Positions 29,451 through 44,246 of a stretch of 64,000 bases of DNA are shown in pieces. The notes below the pieces were generated by a model, which was not told the DNA's origin, searched no databases, and was given only the letters and a program-made list of their open reading frames with translations. Source of the DNA: Eledone cirrhosa (taxonomy: Eukaryota); assembly GCA_964016885.1 (NCBI GenBank), contig OZ024740.1, positions 17,546,001-17,610,000 of the forward strand. Direction: 5' to 3'. Both the position numbers and the translations under genes were made by a program. Numbering within the stretch: position 1 is the stretch's first letter; every line of letters begins with the position of its first letter.

Positions 29451-29541
29451 CCCGCTGACAGCTGAGCTCCTGCCATTTCAACAGCTAGATCGGAACTAGC
29501 TGTTGAAATGGCATGAGCTCAGCTGTTGGGGTCCCGACTTC

Positions 29542-29572
<31 letters not shown>

Positions 29573-32500
29573 TATTATATATACACACACACACATATTA
29601 TACATATACACACACATATATATACATATATATATATAGACACATACACACACATATATATACACATACATGCACACAGCTGTAGATAATTTCTTACATT
29701 TGTACAAAAGAAAGAAAATATATTTTAAAAATAACTACAAATTTAATTTGTAAAAATAAATGATGAACTAGTGTATATATATATATACCTACATGTATGT
29801 ATATAGTGTATATGTAAGCATACATATAATATGTTGTTCATATATATAACAATAATAGTAAAAAGGATGAGATGTTAAATCTTCATTATATTTGAGGTGT
29901 GACACACGTTTCGCTATTGATCTGCTGAATGTTCGATTTGTATTGATCTGGCCAGACTCTGGAATCAAAAGCTCGTCGTACTTCTGTTATATATATATAC
30001 CCCATGTATGTAGGTTTGCCTCTATATATATATATATATATATATTGTTGTATACATATGTATGCACATATACACATCTGAACGTGTGTATGTACGTGTT
30101 TGTGTATATGTGTGTGTTTGTGTATGTAACAATCATCTTTCCTGAGAGAGAGAGGTGATTGATTGTAGCAGCCTTGTTTTACAATAAATAACTTTTAAAA
30201 CAACAGTTTCAAGATGAACACTAGCTACAGCTTCTGTGTATGTACATACCACTGCTCCTATATATGTACATCTGTAATACTCCTGTATATGTTAACAATA
30301 CTCCTGTGTATATGACCATGATACTCCCGTGTATATCAACACAATACTCCCGTGTGTATTAACATGATACTCCCGTGTGTATTAACATGATACTCCCGTG
30401 TATATCAACATGATACTCCCATGTGTATCAACACGATACTCCTGTGTATATAAAACACAATACTCCTGTGTATATCAACCACAACCCCTGTATGTACATA
30501 ACAGCTACTCTAACCCTCTGTATAACAATCACTGCTACTACTACTCCTGTAATATTTACTTATACTTCTTTTCATCATGTCCTTCCCACCACGACCACCA
30601 CCACCAAACAGATCATGTCTCTCTTTCTCGTCACAAATGGTTCACTATATTCCCAAGTGTACACAACACAATGAAATATTAAAATTATTCAAACATACCA
30701 TCTTTGTCTTTTTACCTTATAAATTATTATCTTTGTCTGTGTTTGTAATATTTACCTTGATAAAAATAAGTTTGGTCTCTGAAAAACAAGAAACAACACT
30801 TTTTTTGCTGGGCTGGGTAGTTGTATTGACAGCCAGTAATTGTATTTTACATGTGGTGGAGGTGGTGAGAGCAGACCTCAGATCGCTGAAACTCACGGAG
30901 GAGATGACGAAGGACCGTGACAAGTGGAGAGATACTGTGCTGAATAGGACCTGTCCCACCCTTGCAAGCAGGGAAAAGCAGACGTAAAATGATGATGATG
31001 TCTGGCATTTATTTTTGTTGAAAGAATCGCTGGACAGATTTTATGGGCAAAACCAACTGGCAGGAGACCCAGGGTAGAGCCCGATAAAGATGGTTATATA
31101 ACATTCATGAGCTTGGCTGGTCTCACTTGGAGATCCAGCTGGATCAGCTGGAGATGGTTGCTTCTGACAGGAGCCGCTGGAAGGAGTGTTTGAGGACTCT
31201 TCACCTACGATCCTCTCAGGAATAAGTGGGCGAAGAAGAAGGATGGCATAGCAACATAAAGAGCAATCCATTTCTCAAACCTGTAGAGATAATAACTGAG
31301 CAAGCATTGAGGAAGACAAGCTTGCTGTGTATGAGACCCCTCTCCCCATTCCATACCTGAAGTGACCCCCTAGTTTCTGCTCAGACGAAAATAAGCTAGA
31401 ATCTTATAGATTTCTTACTTATATGTTTTTGCTGTGACTAAAGATCTGTGATGGTGGTCACAACCTTGAAAATTAATTGCAGAAAGCTGTCAAGTGTTTT
31501 TCATAAACACCCTGTATATTATTCAATATACAACATGTGCATATATGTGTATAACACTATGTTGGAACACCAATATTCATTTTTAATTTAAGCTGTGCCA
31601 GCTACCACTTCATATGCAAATGAGCTTCATCAGCTCATATTCATACATATATATATTAACACATTCATACATATATATATATATATATGTATATCATCAT
31701 TATTCTCAAGTGGACACAAGTGGAGTTACTGACCTCTCATTTAGGCTGAGGTCCTACAGCTTGCTTATAAATGTTCTCACACTTGACCAAGTGCAATTTA
31801 TCATGGCTCCAGCATTTTCGAGGTTGTTTTTAACACAACTGAAAGTATATATACAAATACTTGCTGTTCTATTTTGATGATGAGTGTTTCAGTTTGATTA
31901 ACAGAGTGACATACTTATTAAATCAACTTGCATGTGGCTGAGTATTCCATAGGCATGTGTACCTTCAATATAATTCTCAGGCAGAATCTATGTGATACAG
32001 TGAGACAAAGCAAGACCTTTGAATTATAGGTACAACCCATTTGATAGCCTTCAGTCTGTCTAATTTTACTTACAAACCTTGGGTTAACTCACAGATATGA
32101 TTTAAGATACAGTACAGTCGGAATAAACCTAAAACCCTCATGATTTTGAAATTAACTTTTTAAATATTTGTTCACATTACCCAATTCGATATTCGTGCCA
32201 ACTCTTATCTATGGTCATGACCAAAAGAATACTATCCCAAATACAAGTGGCCAAAATGGAGTTCCTCCGAAGGGTGTATGGAGTAACGTTACTCGATAGA
32301 GTGCGTAGGAGAGTCACTCCAGGTAGAGCCGCTACTTCTCCAAATTGAGAGATCATAGCTTCGGTACTATGGGCATGTGGTTAGAATGTCTCAGGAATGA
32401 ATCACTGGACAGATTTTATGGACAAAACCAACCATCGGTATCAAGCATCATATAGATGAGCATTGGTGCAATTATCCATGGTCATCTACCGTCAGCTATG

Positions 32501-33124
32501 AGGATGGGAAGAGACCAGACAACTTAAAATGAAACATAGAGGCTTAGTATACATGATATAGGAGGGAGTTTAACCCTTTTGTTACCATATTTGTAATGAA
32601 AGATACTATATATAACTTTCGAATGATTTTGAAAATAATAAATTTGTAAAGATTTATTCAAATGACTTTGTAGTCAGAAAGTTGGTGTTTGAGACATAAC
32701 TCAAAGGTTCTTACATAGAATTATGTTGGGAGACCCAGGGATAGACCCCAAGCAAGATGGTTGGATAACATCCATGAGCTTGGCTGGTCTCCCTTGAGGA
32801 GACGGTTGCTTCTGACAGGACCTACTGGAAGGAGTGTTTGGGGACTTTGCCTCCACGACCCTCTCAGGAATATGTGGGCAAAGAAGAAGTTCATACTGCC
32901 TGTATATAGAAACTATTCCACAGATGTGTGGAATCTCTTGTATGTGATGTGTTCTCAGAAATTCTGGGACTTAAAGGTCAATTAAATAAAAAACAAAAAC
33001 AAAAGTTGGATGATTATTCTGTCTGTATTGACTGATTTCTATTAAATACATACTGTACATCTTTATTGCAGGGCTAAAAACATTTACAGGGTGTATACAA
33101 TAATATATAGTAATATACATACAA

Positions 33125-33167
<43 letters not shown>

Positions 33168-36100
33168 ATGTGTGTGTGTGTATTTATGTATGTATATATA
33201 TATATTTATTAAAATAACAGATTATTATTACTATTATTATTATTTATATATATATATATATATATATGCACATACATACATACATGCATATGTGTGTGAA
33301 TAAACAAATGTATCACAAATTTTGTACAAAAGAAAAATATCAAAATATATAAAAGAAAATAGCAAAAAAAAAAAATAGAACAAACAAACAAAGACCCGAA
33401 ATAAGAAGAAACCTAGAAAATAAGATTTGAACCTGTTGTGAGAGATAAAGGTGTAGGAATGGGGAAGTAGGAAGAATTAAACTATTTGTAGTCTCCCTTC
33501 GGTCATCAATGACTATGGCTTTTGCACATGGAAAATTCCCCTTTGAGACACAAGCTTGGGTAAGGTGTGTTTGTGGAAGACCAGCAGTTGCCCATGTATC
33601 TACCAGTCTTCCCTCTCTATGTCACCAATGTTGTCCAAGGTAAAATCAATGGCTGATACAGCTTGGCACCAGTGACGTCACAACTCATTTCTACAGCTGA
33701 GTAAACTGGAGCAATGTGAAATAAAGCATCTTGCTCAAGGACACAACGCAAAGCTCAGTCCAAGAGTCAAACTCCCAAGCTTACAATTGTGCGCTCAACA
33801 TACTAACCACTAAGCCACGTGCCTTCACTGTTAAAGGTATAAAGATGACCGGCTGTGGTGGGGCAGGACAAACTAAACTCTATCTAAATCTGTTGTGAGA
33901 CAAAGATGTTGAAAAGGTCAGAAATTTTGGCAACTTGGTGCAATAAGTTGTCAGCCCTCAGTATATGACTGTTATTCTATTTTATTGATCTCTCATGAAA
34001 GGCAAAGTGGTAGGGTTTGAATTTAAAACATATCTACATTCTGTTTGGAAGGAATATTTGGTTTGATGTTGAAGAATGAGTCACACTAAGACATCAACAT
34101 CTGGGCTTCTATTTACCTCTGGAAAAATGACAGGTGAAGTTAAATACATGGATTAGATTTGAAATATGGACATATCTAGATATAACAGAATAGGTTTTGT
34201 TTTTTCTCATTCATTGCTCTACTGATTCTCTATATCAGCGAATCTAGATGTGGATTGTATATCATGGCATAGTATGAATAGTAGAAATGTAGGGAAGAGA
34301 TAATCAGATATTGTCCAGATCTGGTATGTGGAACTAGATCTGGAGAGAGGTGGGGGTGGGGGAGTAAACATCTGGAGAGAAGTGAGATTTTCCTAGCAGA
34401 TCTAGAGAGGATTAAAATGTAATACAGATGTGAGTGGGATGAAGGAATTGGACAATAACTTACTTGATATAGTCAAGAAATTTAAATTATTTAAAATTAC
34501 ATCTGTAACGATAAAAAATGTCATTATATAATTCTGGGTAAAAAGGCCTAGAATTTAAATGAATAAAATTGAACAGATTTTATGGGCAAAACTAACTGGC
34601 AGGAGACCCAGGGGTGATCCATGAGCAAGATGGTAGACCATAAACTTAGCTGGTCACACTTGGGGATCCAGCTGGATCAATTGAAGATTATTGCTTCTGG
34701 TTGCTTTTGTCATGGCACCAGCACTAATATACCAATCAGAACATTAACAGATATCTTGCATTCACATTTTTACTGTAACCAAATAGTGTCTTCATGCTCA
34801 CTTAGCCTGCTAGAAATAGCAGCCAAATTTCCCTCAACTTACATACAACTAGCTTAAAAAGAAAGGACACATTACACAATGAATTCTTATTGTGTCTGAA
34901 AAAATAATAAAGTGAGACTGGATGGTCATAACTGGATGGTTATCTGATGATAATTCTGTTGACTTAGGGCTGATCCAAGGCTTAACAACAACCACAACAA
35001 CAACAGCTTGAAATAGCTAAAATCAAATAGTTAAATGAATTCTTTTAAATAATAAAAAAAGTTTTACAATAATTTAGAAACCAAAATATGTTGTGCTTTT
35101 GTCATTTAATTACTTTAGATTTTCTAATTAGTAGATTGTGATGATTCATAGTAAACTCTTTCAAAGAAAATGGTCAAATTAGGAAAAGGTCAAAACTATG
35201 GTATTATGATAAATCTTTAGACTTAAAGATAAAAGGAGTGACCTTCAAGTTTAAATTTAATAGCTGCCATTTACTGTTCACACTTGACACAGTTCTAGAA
35301 GACTATATATTATATATATATATATGTATGTATGTGTGTGTGTATATACACACACACACATACACGTATATATATATGTGTGTGTGTAAGTGTGTTTTTA
35401 TATATATATATCTGGTGTCAACATTGCTTGCTTTCAGTGTTACACTGTACTACAGAATATATCGGTGGATTTTTAACCAACATTTTATGTAACAGACAGA
35501 TGTAAACATCGTATCAGTAGGTACAATATCTTTGTGGATAAAAAAAGAAGTATTTCGTCTAGAAGTCAAACTAGTTTTAATCTTCTTTAACTGTCTATAG
35601 GGAAACTGCTGATAGAACAACTATAATAAGTGTTAGGGTTAAGGACACAACTTATAGACTCAATATTATAAGGGTTAGGGCACAATTTACTGGTACATTA
35701 ACAGCGTTCTGTTGCAGTCCTATATCAGTCTTGTAATGACTGCTTAATATCAACACTAATAACAGTTTTACACTTAATATAAATATACATATAGAAACAC
35801 AACAGGAGGAAACACTGATAATCACTGAAGGTGATACAGAAATGTGTGACGAAAGAACTCTCATAAATTATATTTATATTTTATATGTTTAACTGTTAGC
35901 AATCAATGTTTATCATTGACTGACTAACTAAATTATTTATAGAAATATACTGAAGTGAAAACCAAACCAAACAGTGAGTGTGTTTTACTATATGTTGGCA
36001 ATATTAGGACAACAGGACCCTCCTCAAATATAACAAAGTATAAAGCAATGTTCTTACTGTTCACATCTAATGGAGTTCTCTGGGGTAAAAGAAACCACTT

Positions 36101-36723
36101 TCAACTCAGAACACATGAAAAGTAATATATGAAGACTTAAGAAGTCACAGGGGACATAGATAAAACAAACAGACATGAACCTCAAAATACTATGTTAGGT
36201 GGTAATGGCTAGCTATGAGGGAGCGGACTACACTATAGCTGAGGCTGGGGTGGGGTGGGGGACTACACTATAGCATGTATGAAAAAGAAAACCCCACCAA
36301 AATAATTTTGCTGAGATCTGAACCTCTACCTCTGTTTTTGGAGTTTAGCAATGGTGGTGCCCCAGCATGGCCCTAGCCTCTCAGTGGAACACGTAATAGA
36401 GAATGTTCTACTGCTTGAGATTTGTCCTCCTGTGTCTCCCCCACCCTCCCATCAATTACCACAAAGAATTAATTCAAAGGAATTTACCAAAACCTCCGTC
36501 CACCCCACCCACCTTCATGTATTTTCATTATTCTGCAATTTTGACTGAATATTTATATATTTATTTCATTGTGGCTATTGATCCCTTATCCTCACTTCCA
36601 ACCCCATTCAGCTTGTAAATAATAATAATGTCCTTATTAAAGTAGACCAAATTTCTCCAGCAGTACCCATCCCCTCATCTACTATCTCCTCCATCAAACC
36701 TATACATAAGTCTACTTTATTAA

Positions 36724-36919
36724 CCCTTTAGCATTAAAACCGGCCATATCTGGCCAGAATTCTCTCACCTCTTTCTGTTCAAACCAGCTTTAACCAGCCG
36801 CTCATACTGATGTTAAGGTATAGTTCTCAAAATCTCATAGATTCAATATTATGTGAGATATTATGAGGTTTACTGTGAAAATACAATAGTAAATATAGAG
36901 TAATGTACATGCTAAAGGG
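36724..36919. mobile_element. piggyBac-like TTAA MITE copy
   Basis: TIRs CCCTTTAGCAT / ATGCTAAAGGG flanked by TTAA. Confidence 0.8.
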
Positions 36920-38098
36920 TTAAACATGTATACATATATAACAATTACTGTATCAGACAGACACATCAACCTACATTGCCAACACCTTATTACTAAGAAA
37001 TATCTACCCCAGCATAGTTCTCTATTAAACATAACACAGCATCACCTTACTCCAGAAAACACTTTATCATCACTACAAAACAAATATCTCCCTACTTTAT
37101 CACACATAACCCAGTATTTGACTGGTATGTTATTTTTTTCACCACTCGCAGAAAAATGAAAGGCAAAAATCAACTTTGGTAGGATTTGAACTCAAAACCT
37201 AAAGAGACCTAATTAAATATGGCAAAGTATTCTGACACTTGGCCTACAACAGACAGTTGAAAATATTAGCAACTAACGCGGAAGAAATATGTTTTTCTAA
37301 ATAAATCTACCAATTTCTGAAAATTATTTTAACTAATCTCATCAACCCAGAAAAACAGTCATCTAAAACAGTCATCTAAAAATGCAGTCGAAGGCCGACA
37401 TCTAAAATGCAGTCGAAGGCCGACATCTAAAAATGCAGTCGAAGGCCGACATCTAAAAATGCAGTCGAAGGCCGACATCTAAAATTCAGTGATATCTCTG
37501 GACATTGGTGGAATCACACATATTACTCCAGTTTCATTGACATTCATTACTACACTTTCTACAGACAAATGGATAAAATGTTTATGTTACAATCATGAGG
37601 GTTTGGTCCACCTGCATCTTGGGAAAATGTCTTAGTCTTGGGTTGACCCAATGTCTTGTGAATGAGATTGGAGAGACAGAAACTGTTTGTAACCCTATCT
37701 AAAAGATCTTTACCTATAATTTAAAGGGCAGCTTGTCATCACTACATCTCCCTGAGAATTATGTTAAAATGTACACATCTGATGAATACTTAGCCACTTT
37801 CATGTTAGCTTCACAAGAAGACCATTCTATTGACTAAACTGAAGCAATGTCAAAACCAAAGATTCATTTACTTTTTATTTTTTACTACATTCAATTACTC
37901 AGTCATGCTGAAGAATTGCCAAAATTTCTTTCTGATTTCCTGGAGACGTTTGCCTTTGTATGATCTCCTTGTTTCCTTTATCAAAAACCTCTTGAGAAAC
38001 AATTTCTAAGGAATGGTAAGGATACACGAAAGTCTTGTGAACCTCTCAAATCAAGGAGATCAAATGGGCCACGAATGCACTTCAAAGGTCTTGTTTAA

Positions 38099-38317
38099 CC
38101 CTTTAGCATTTAAACCGGCCATATCTAGCCAGAATTCTCTCACCTCTTTCTGTACAAAATGGCCGTAACTGGCCGCTCATACTGTCATTAAGGTATTGTT
38201 CTCAAAATAAATAATATTAAAATCTCAGAGTCAATGTTATGTGAGATAATTATGTAAGATAAAGCCTTTACCACAAAAATACAATAGTATATATAGAGTA
38301 ATGTAAATGGTAAAGAG
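38099..38317. mobile_element. piggyBac-like TTAA MITE copy
   Basis: TIRs flanked by TTAA, same internal sequence. Confidence 0.78.
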
Positions 38318-39360
38318 TTAACTGGACAGTACTGGCCAGAGAAGCTGTATGGGATTTTGGTTAAGGGACATTATTGTCCAGTAGTGTGAAATAGTTTGCA
38401 CTTTTTGCCCCTACTGGTCACAGTAGACTGAAATAGTACTAAGTAATGGTCAATTGTTGACAATGATTTGGCAAGGTTTAATGGTCAATATTGCTGACAG
38501 TGGTTTGAAGTGGGCTGAATAGTTGAGATTGTCCAGTTATCTGAAATTGTGTTAATCATCATTACAGGAAATTGTGTTAATCATCATTACAGGAAATTGT
38601 GTTAATCATCATTACAGGATAGCGACATAACTATATACCACAAAGCATATTGTTCGACGCTCTACTGAAACTGCTAATCCACCACCCTTAAAATAACAAT
38701 AATTAAAATATATAAAAAAATAAAGAAACTGTTGTTGTTGATGTTGAGAAAACATTTTAATGTAATTCTTTATACCTCATTTAACGATGACATTTTTATA
38801 CCTCATTTAACGATGACAGGAGAAATTTTATTCCAGAAACTTCCTCAATACTGTAGTATTTTATTTCATTCCTCAATATATTGTTATTTTAGCTTTATAC
38901 TGTATATTTAATTTATCAAATATAATCTAATAACCACATAACAATTGTTACAAAAATAGTTGAAGAATACTAATGAATAATTATTTTTTCCTTTTCCTTA
39001 TAGATAAGGCAAAACCAACTGGCAGACCCAGGGGTAGACCCCGGGCAGGATGGTTGGATAACATCCATGAGCTTGGCTGGTCTTGCTTGGGGATTCAGCC
39101 GGATCAGCTGGAGACAGTTGCTTCTGACAGGATACACCGGAGGGAGTGTTTGAGGACTCATCCCGCATGACCCTCTCAGGAATAAGTGGGCAAAGAAGAA
39201 GATAAGGCATATGTGCTTGAAATTGATAGGGGAAGAGGAAGTTGTGGTGTTGATGCTTTTTTCAAGGATAATAACACATGCATGATGGAAACATTTGTCA
39301 GAGTAATTAGTAATTTGTTCCATAACACTTAACCATATTGATCAATAAATATAAATGTAA

Positions 39361-40260
39361 GTATGGTGAGTGTGGGTGGTGGGTGGGTGGTGTGGTGTGG
39401 TGTGTGGGTGGTGAGTGGGTGTGAGTAGTGTGTGGTGTGGTGTAGTGAGTGGTGTGTGGGTGGTGAGTGGGTGTGTGGGTGGTGGGTGGTGTGGTGTAGT
39501 GTGTGGTGTGTGGGTGGTGTGGTGTGTGAGTGGTGTGTGGGTGGTGCGGTGTGTGGGTGTGTGGGTGGTGGGTGGGTGGTGTGGTGTAGTGTGTGGTGTG
39601 GTGTGTGAGTGGTGTGTGGGTGGTGTGGTGTGTGGGTGGTGAGTGGTGTGGTGTAGTGAGTGGTGTGTGGGTGGTGTGGTGTGTGGGTGGTGAGTGGGTG
39701 TGTGGGTGGTGTGGTGTAGTGTGTGGTGTGTGGGCGGTGTGGTGTGTGGGTGGTGAGTGGGTGTGTGGGTGGTGGGTGGGTGGTGTGGTGTAGTGTGTGG
39801 TGTGTGGGTGGTGAGTGGGTGGGTGGTGTGGTGTAGTGTGTGGTGTGTGGGTGGTGTGTGGTGTGGTGTGTGGGTGTTGTGGTGTGTGGTGGTGAGTGGG
39901 TGTGAGTAGTGTGTGGTGTGGTGTAGTGAGTGGTGTGTGGGTGGTGGGTGGGTGGTGTGAGTGTGGGTGGTGAGTGGGTGTGTGTGGGTGGTGAGTGGGT
40001 GTGAGTGTGTGGGTGGTGAGTGTGAGTGGTGTGTGTGAGTGGGTGTCTGGTGTGGTGAGTGGGTGTGTGTGTCTGGGTGGTGAGTGGGTGTGGTGTGGGT
40101 GGTGTGTCTGGTGTATGTGTGTGTCCCCGGTGTATGTGTGTGAGGCTGGTGAGTGTGTGTGAGTGGTGTGGTGTGTGTGGTGTGGTGTGTGTGTCTGGTG
40201 TATGTGTGTGGTGTGGGTGGTGTGTGAGTGTGTCTGATGTGGTGTGTGTGTGGTGTATGT
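39361..40260. repeat. GT-rich low-complexity tract (TG1-3-like)
   Basis: Almost only G and T, with irregular GTGTGGGTGGTG units. Confidence 0.95.
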
Positions 40261-40399
40261 CAAAGAGGTAAATAAATTTATGATATTTGAGGACATTTAG
40301 TCACAAGTTATACAAGTTATTTAAGTGATTATGTAAACCAGAGAGTATGGCTTCATGTGTAGACAGGCAGTATGGTTTTGATTTAAGGAAAGAGATTTG

Positions 40400-40529
<130 letters not shown>

Positions 40530-40664
40530 GAGAGAGATTCTTTATTTTGTAGTACAAAAACAAAGGTATCCAAAACAACTTCATGTTTGAAGTATGTCTG
40601 CCTCAAACAATTCGATTGGTAATGTCCTATTGCAGCTACAACTGTGATTTACACCTTATATATC

Positions 40665-40997
40665 ATCATCATCATCATTTTACGTCCGCTTTTCCCTGCT
40701 TGTAAGGGTGGGACGGGAATTGATTCTGGCTTGATTTCTACAGCTGGATGCCCTTCCTAACACCAACCTCATTTACAGTGAGTGCTGGGTGCTTTTTTGC
40801 CGTGGCACCTCCACGACCACTTTGCAGTGGAATGATAGGGATCCCAGTCCCTACCATCTCATTTCTACAGCTGAGTAAACTGGAGCAATGTGAAATAAAG
40901 TGTCTTGCTCAAGGAAACAACACATCACCCGGTCTGAGAATTGAAGTCACAACCTTTCGATTGCAAGGCCAATGCTCTAACCACTAAGCCATGTGCC
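40665..40997 (-). mobile_element. SINE family B copy
   Basis: Near-identical to 24434-24756. Confidence 0.82.
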
Positions 40998-41595
40998 TAT
41001 ATATATATATACACACACACACAAAACTCTGTATGTAATATACCACAAATTAATCTACTGCCATATATAGAACAATGATATTCATTTCTAGTTTAAACAC
41101 AGTCCGAGCAAATGCTGGGGAAGGGCAAAGTTGATTAAATCAACCCCAGTATTTAACTGGTACTTTATTTTATCAACCTTGGAAAGATGAAAGGCAAAGT
41201 TGACCATGGCAGGATTTCAACTGAAAATATAAAGAGCCAGAACAAATACTGTAATGGCATTTTCTCTGATGCTCTACTAATTTTATCAAGCCACCAGAGT
41301 ATGGTGGATTGGCAGAATAATAATATTACCCTCTGTCAGTGTAGCTGCCAACAAAAGATGAAACAAAAAAGGTTCCCCTGTTTAGAATTTCTACTTTAGT
41401 TTCATTTTCATAAGTAATTGTTCCTAGCAATTTGAAGGGAAGAGAAAAGTCAATTAAATCAACCCCGGTGCATTACTGGTACTTTATTTTATCGACCCCT
41501 TAATGCTAAGATTATGCTAGAGTCAAGTGTTTGTCTTCAGCTCTTTCTGCCTATCTGTATCATTCTTCTCTCGTGGGTCAAATTCTTTCAATTAT

Positions 41596-43092
41596 CCAGT
41601 CATGATGACAGCTAAGAGACTATAATTAGGACCAGCCAGTCATGATGACAGCTAAGAGACTATAATTAGGACCAGCCAGTCGTGATGACAGCTAATAGAC
41701 TATAATTAGGACCAGCCAGTCATGATGACAGCTAAGAGACTATAATTAGGACCAGCCAGTCGTGATGACAGCTAAGAGACTATAATTAGGACCAGCCAGT
41801 CATGATGACAGCTAAGAGACTATAATTAGGACCAGCCAGTCATGATGACAGCTAAGAGACTATAATTAGGACCAGCCAGTCGTGATGACAGCTAAGAGAC
41901 TATAATTAGGACCAGCCAGTCATGATGACAGCTAAGAGACTATAATTAGGACCAGCCAGTCAGGATGGCAGCTAAGATACTATAATTAGGACCAACCAGT
42001 CATGATGACAGCTAAGAGACTATAATTAGGACCAGCCAGTCATGATGACAGCTAAGAGACTATAATTAGGACCAGCCAGTCATGATGACAGCTAAGAGAC
42101 TATAATTAGGACCAGCCAGTCATGATGACAGCTAAGAGACTATAATTAGGACCAGCCAGTCATGATGACAGCTAAGAGACTATAGTTAGGACCAGCCAGT
42201 CATGATGACAGCTAAGAGACTATAGTTAGGACCAGCCAGTCATGATGACAGCTAAGAGACTATAATTAGGACCAGCCAGTCATGATGACAGCTAAGAGAC
42301 TATAGTTAGGACCAGCCAGTCGTGATGACAGCTAAGAGACTATAATTAGGACCAGCCAGTCGTGATGACAGCTAAGAGACTATAATTAGGACCAGCCAGT
42401 CATGATGACAGCTAAGAGACTATAATTAGGACCAGCCAGTCAGGATGGCAGCTAAGAGACTATAATTAGGACCAGCCAGTCATGATGACAGCTAAGAGAC
42501 TATAGTTAGGACCAGCCAGTCGTGATGACAGCTAAGAGACTATAATTAGGACCAGCCAGTCATGATGACAGCTAAGAGACTATAATTAGGACCAGCCAGT
42601 CATGATGACAGCTAAGAGACTATAGTTAGGACCAGCCAGTCGTGATGACAGCTAAGAGACTATAATTAGGACCAGCCAGTCGTGATGACAGCTAAGAGAC
42701 TATAGTTAGGACCAGCCAGTCGTGATGACAGCTAAGAGACTATAGTTAGGACCAGCCAGTCATGATGACAGCTAAGAGACTATAGTTAGGACCAGCCAGT
42801 CATGATGACAGCTAAGAGACTATAATTAGGACCAGCCAGTCATGATGACAGCTAAGAGACTATAGTTAGGACCAGCCAGTCATGATGACAGCTAAGAGAC
42901 TATAGTTAGGACCAGCCAGTCATGATGACAGCTAAGAGACTATAGTTAGGACCAGCCAGTCATGATGACAGCTAAGAGACTATAGTTAGGACCAGCCAGT
43001 CATGATGACAGCTAAGAGACTATAGTTAGGACCAGCCAGTCATGATGACAGCTAAGAGACTATAGTTAGGACCAGCCAGTCACGATGACAGA
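41596..43092. repeat. 40-bp minisatellite, ~37 copies (CCAGTCATGATGACAGCTAAGAGACTATAATTAGGACCAG)
   Basis: Exact 40-bp period with few A/G variants. Confidence 0.98.
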
Positions 43093-43719
43093 CAATACTT
43101 AGGATCAATTAAAAAGAAATTTTGTCATTTTGATCTTTTGTTTTTTTAAGACATTCTATTCGTAATTTTTTTTTAAAAAGATTTTTTCTTCTTTTTCTAA
43201 TTTCATTCCAAGTTTAACAATAATTAAATTTCCTAAAAAAGTTATTAAGTTTTGTTCTTGTTCTTCATCAAAGATCAGTTGGTCAGCCTGTCATTTCTAC
43301 AAAACCACAGTCAAAAGTTCAAAACTGACCAAAGGTAGGAAGCAAACTGGTAGGTAGGTAGGTAGGTAGGTGTTCCAGGTGTATTTACAAATGGTTTCAA
43401 AGACAGTAATGGAAGGACACTTAAATTCAGTCGTAGGTTCTAATAGTATATAGGAAGAATCTGAAGTTAATGTGCAAATGCATTGTGTGATAACAGCACC
43501 ATCTGACGGTTTCTACATGCTGTTTTTGTCTCTGTTTCATCTGTCTAATACTTTGGCATTTCAAGACTGGGTATTTCCAGACCATTTTGTGTCTTTTAAC
43601 CTCACCTGTGTGAAAAAAACAAACAAAAATATATTTTAGAAATATATATCACAAAAAGAAAACTTAGTATTTATATTTTAACTTTAGCCTGTTTCTCAAT
43701 TCAATATTCATGCTAACCC

Positions 43720-44052
43720 TTTCCTATGGTCATGTTGCGTAATGGCCGAAAGAATACAATCATGAATACAAGCAGCCGGGGTTCCTCTGAAGAGTCTTTG
43801 GAGAAACGTTACTCGATAAAGTAATTCGGAGAAGTAGCAGCTCAGAGATCAGTCACTCCAGGTAGAGCTGCTACTTCTCCAAATTGAGAGATCACAGCCC
43901 CGATACTATGGGCATGTGGTTAGAATGTCTCAGGAAAGAATCGCTGGACAGATTTTACAGGCAAATCCAACCGGCAGGAGATCCAGGGGTAGACCCCAAG
44001 AAAGATGGTTGGTCTTGCTTGGGGATTCAGTCAGATCAGTTGGAGATGGTTG
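43720..44052 (+). mobile_element. 3' fragment of a second RTE-like LINE family
   Basis: Encodes ...VVRMSQERIAGQILQANPTGRRSRGRP...; related copies at ~7690-7985(-), 27265-27550(-), 31020-31245, 32180-32890, 34575-34700, 39010-39200, 46620-46830, 55820-55975. Confidence 0.72.
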
Positions 44053-44246
44053 TTTATCATCATCATTTAAACCGGCCATATCCGGCCAGAATTCTCTCAC
44101 CTCTCTGTTCAAACTGGCTGTAACTGGCTGCTCATACCTACATTAAGGTATTGTTCTCAAAATAAATAACCTCACAATCTCATAGATTCGATATTATGTG
44201 TGATAATTATGTAAGATAAAGCCTTTACCACAAAAATACAGCAGTA

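Noticed and set aside
39307-40296. 329-aa His/Thr/Pro ORF
   Set aside because: Translation of a GT-rich low-complexity tract
41596-43092. CRISPR-like regular array
   Set aside because: Head-to-tail identical units with no unique spacers, no cas genes, eukaryotic context; the same applies to the 7-kb and 76-bp arrays
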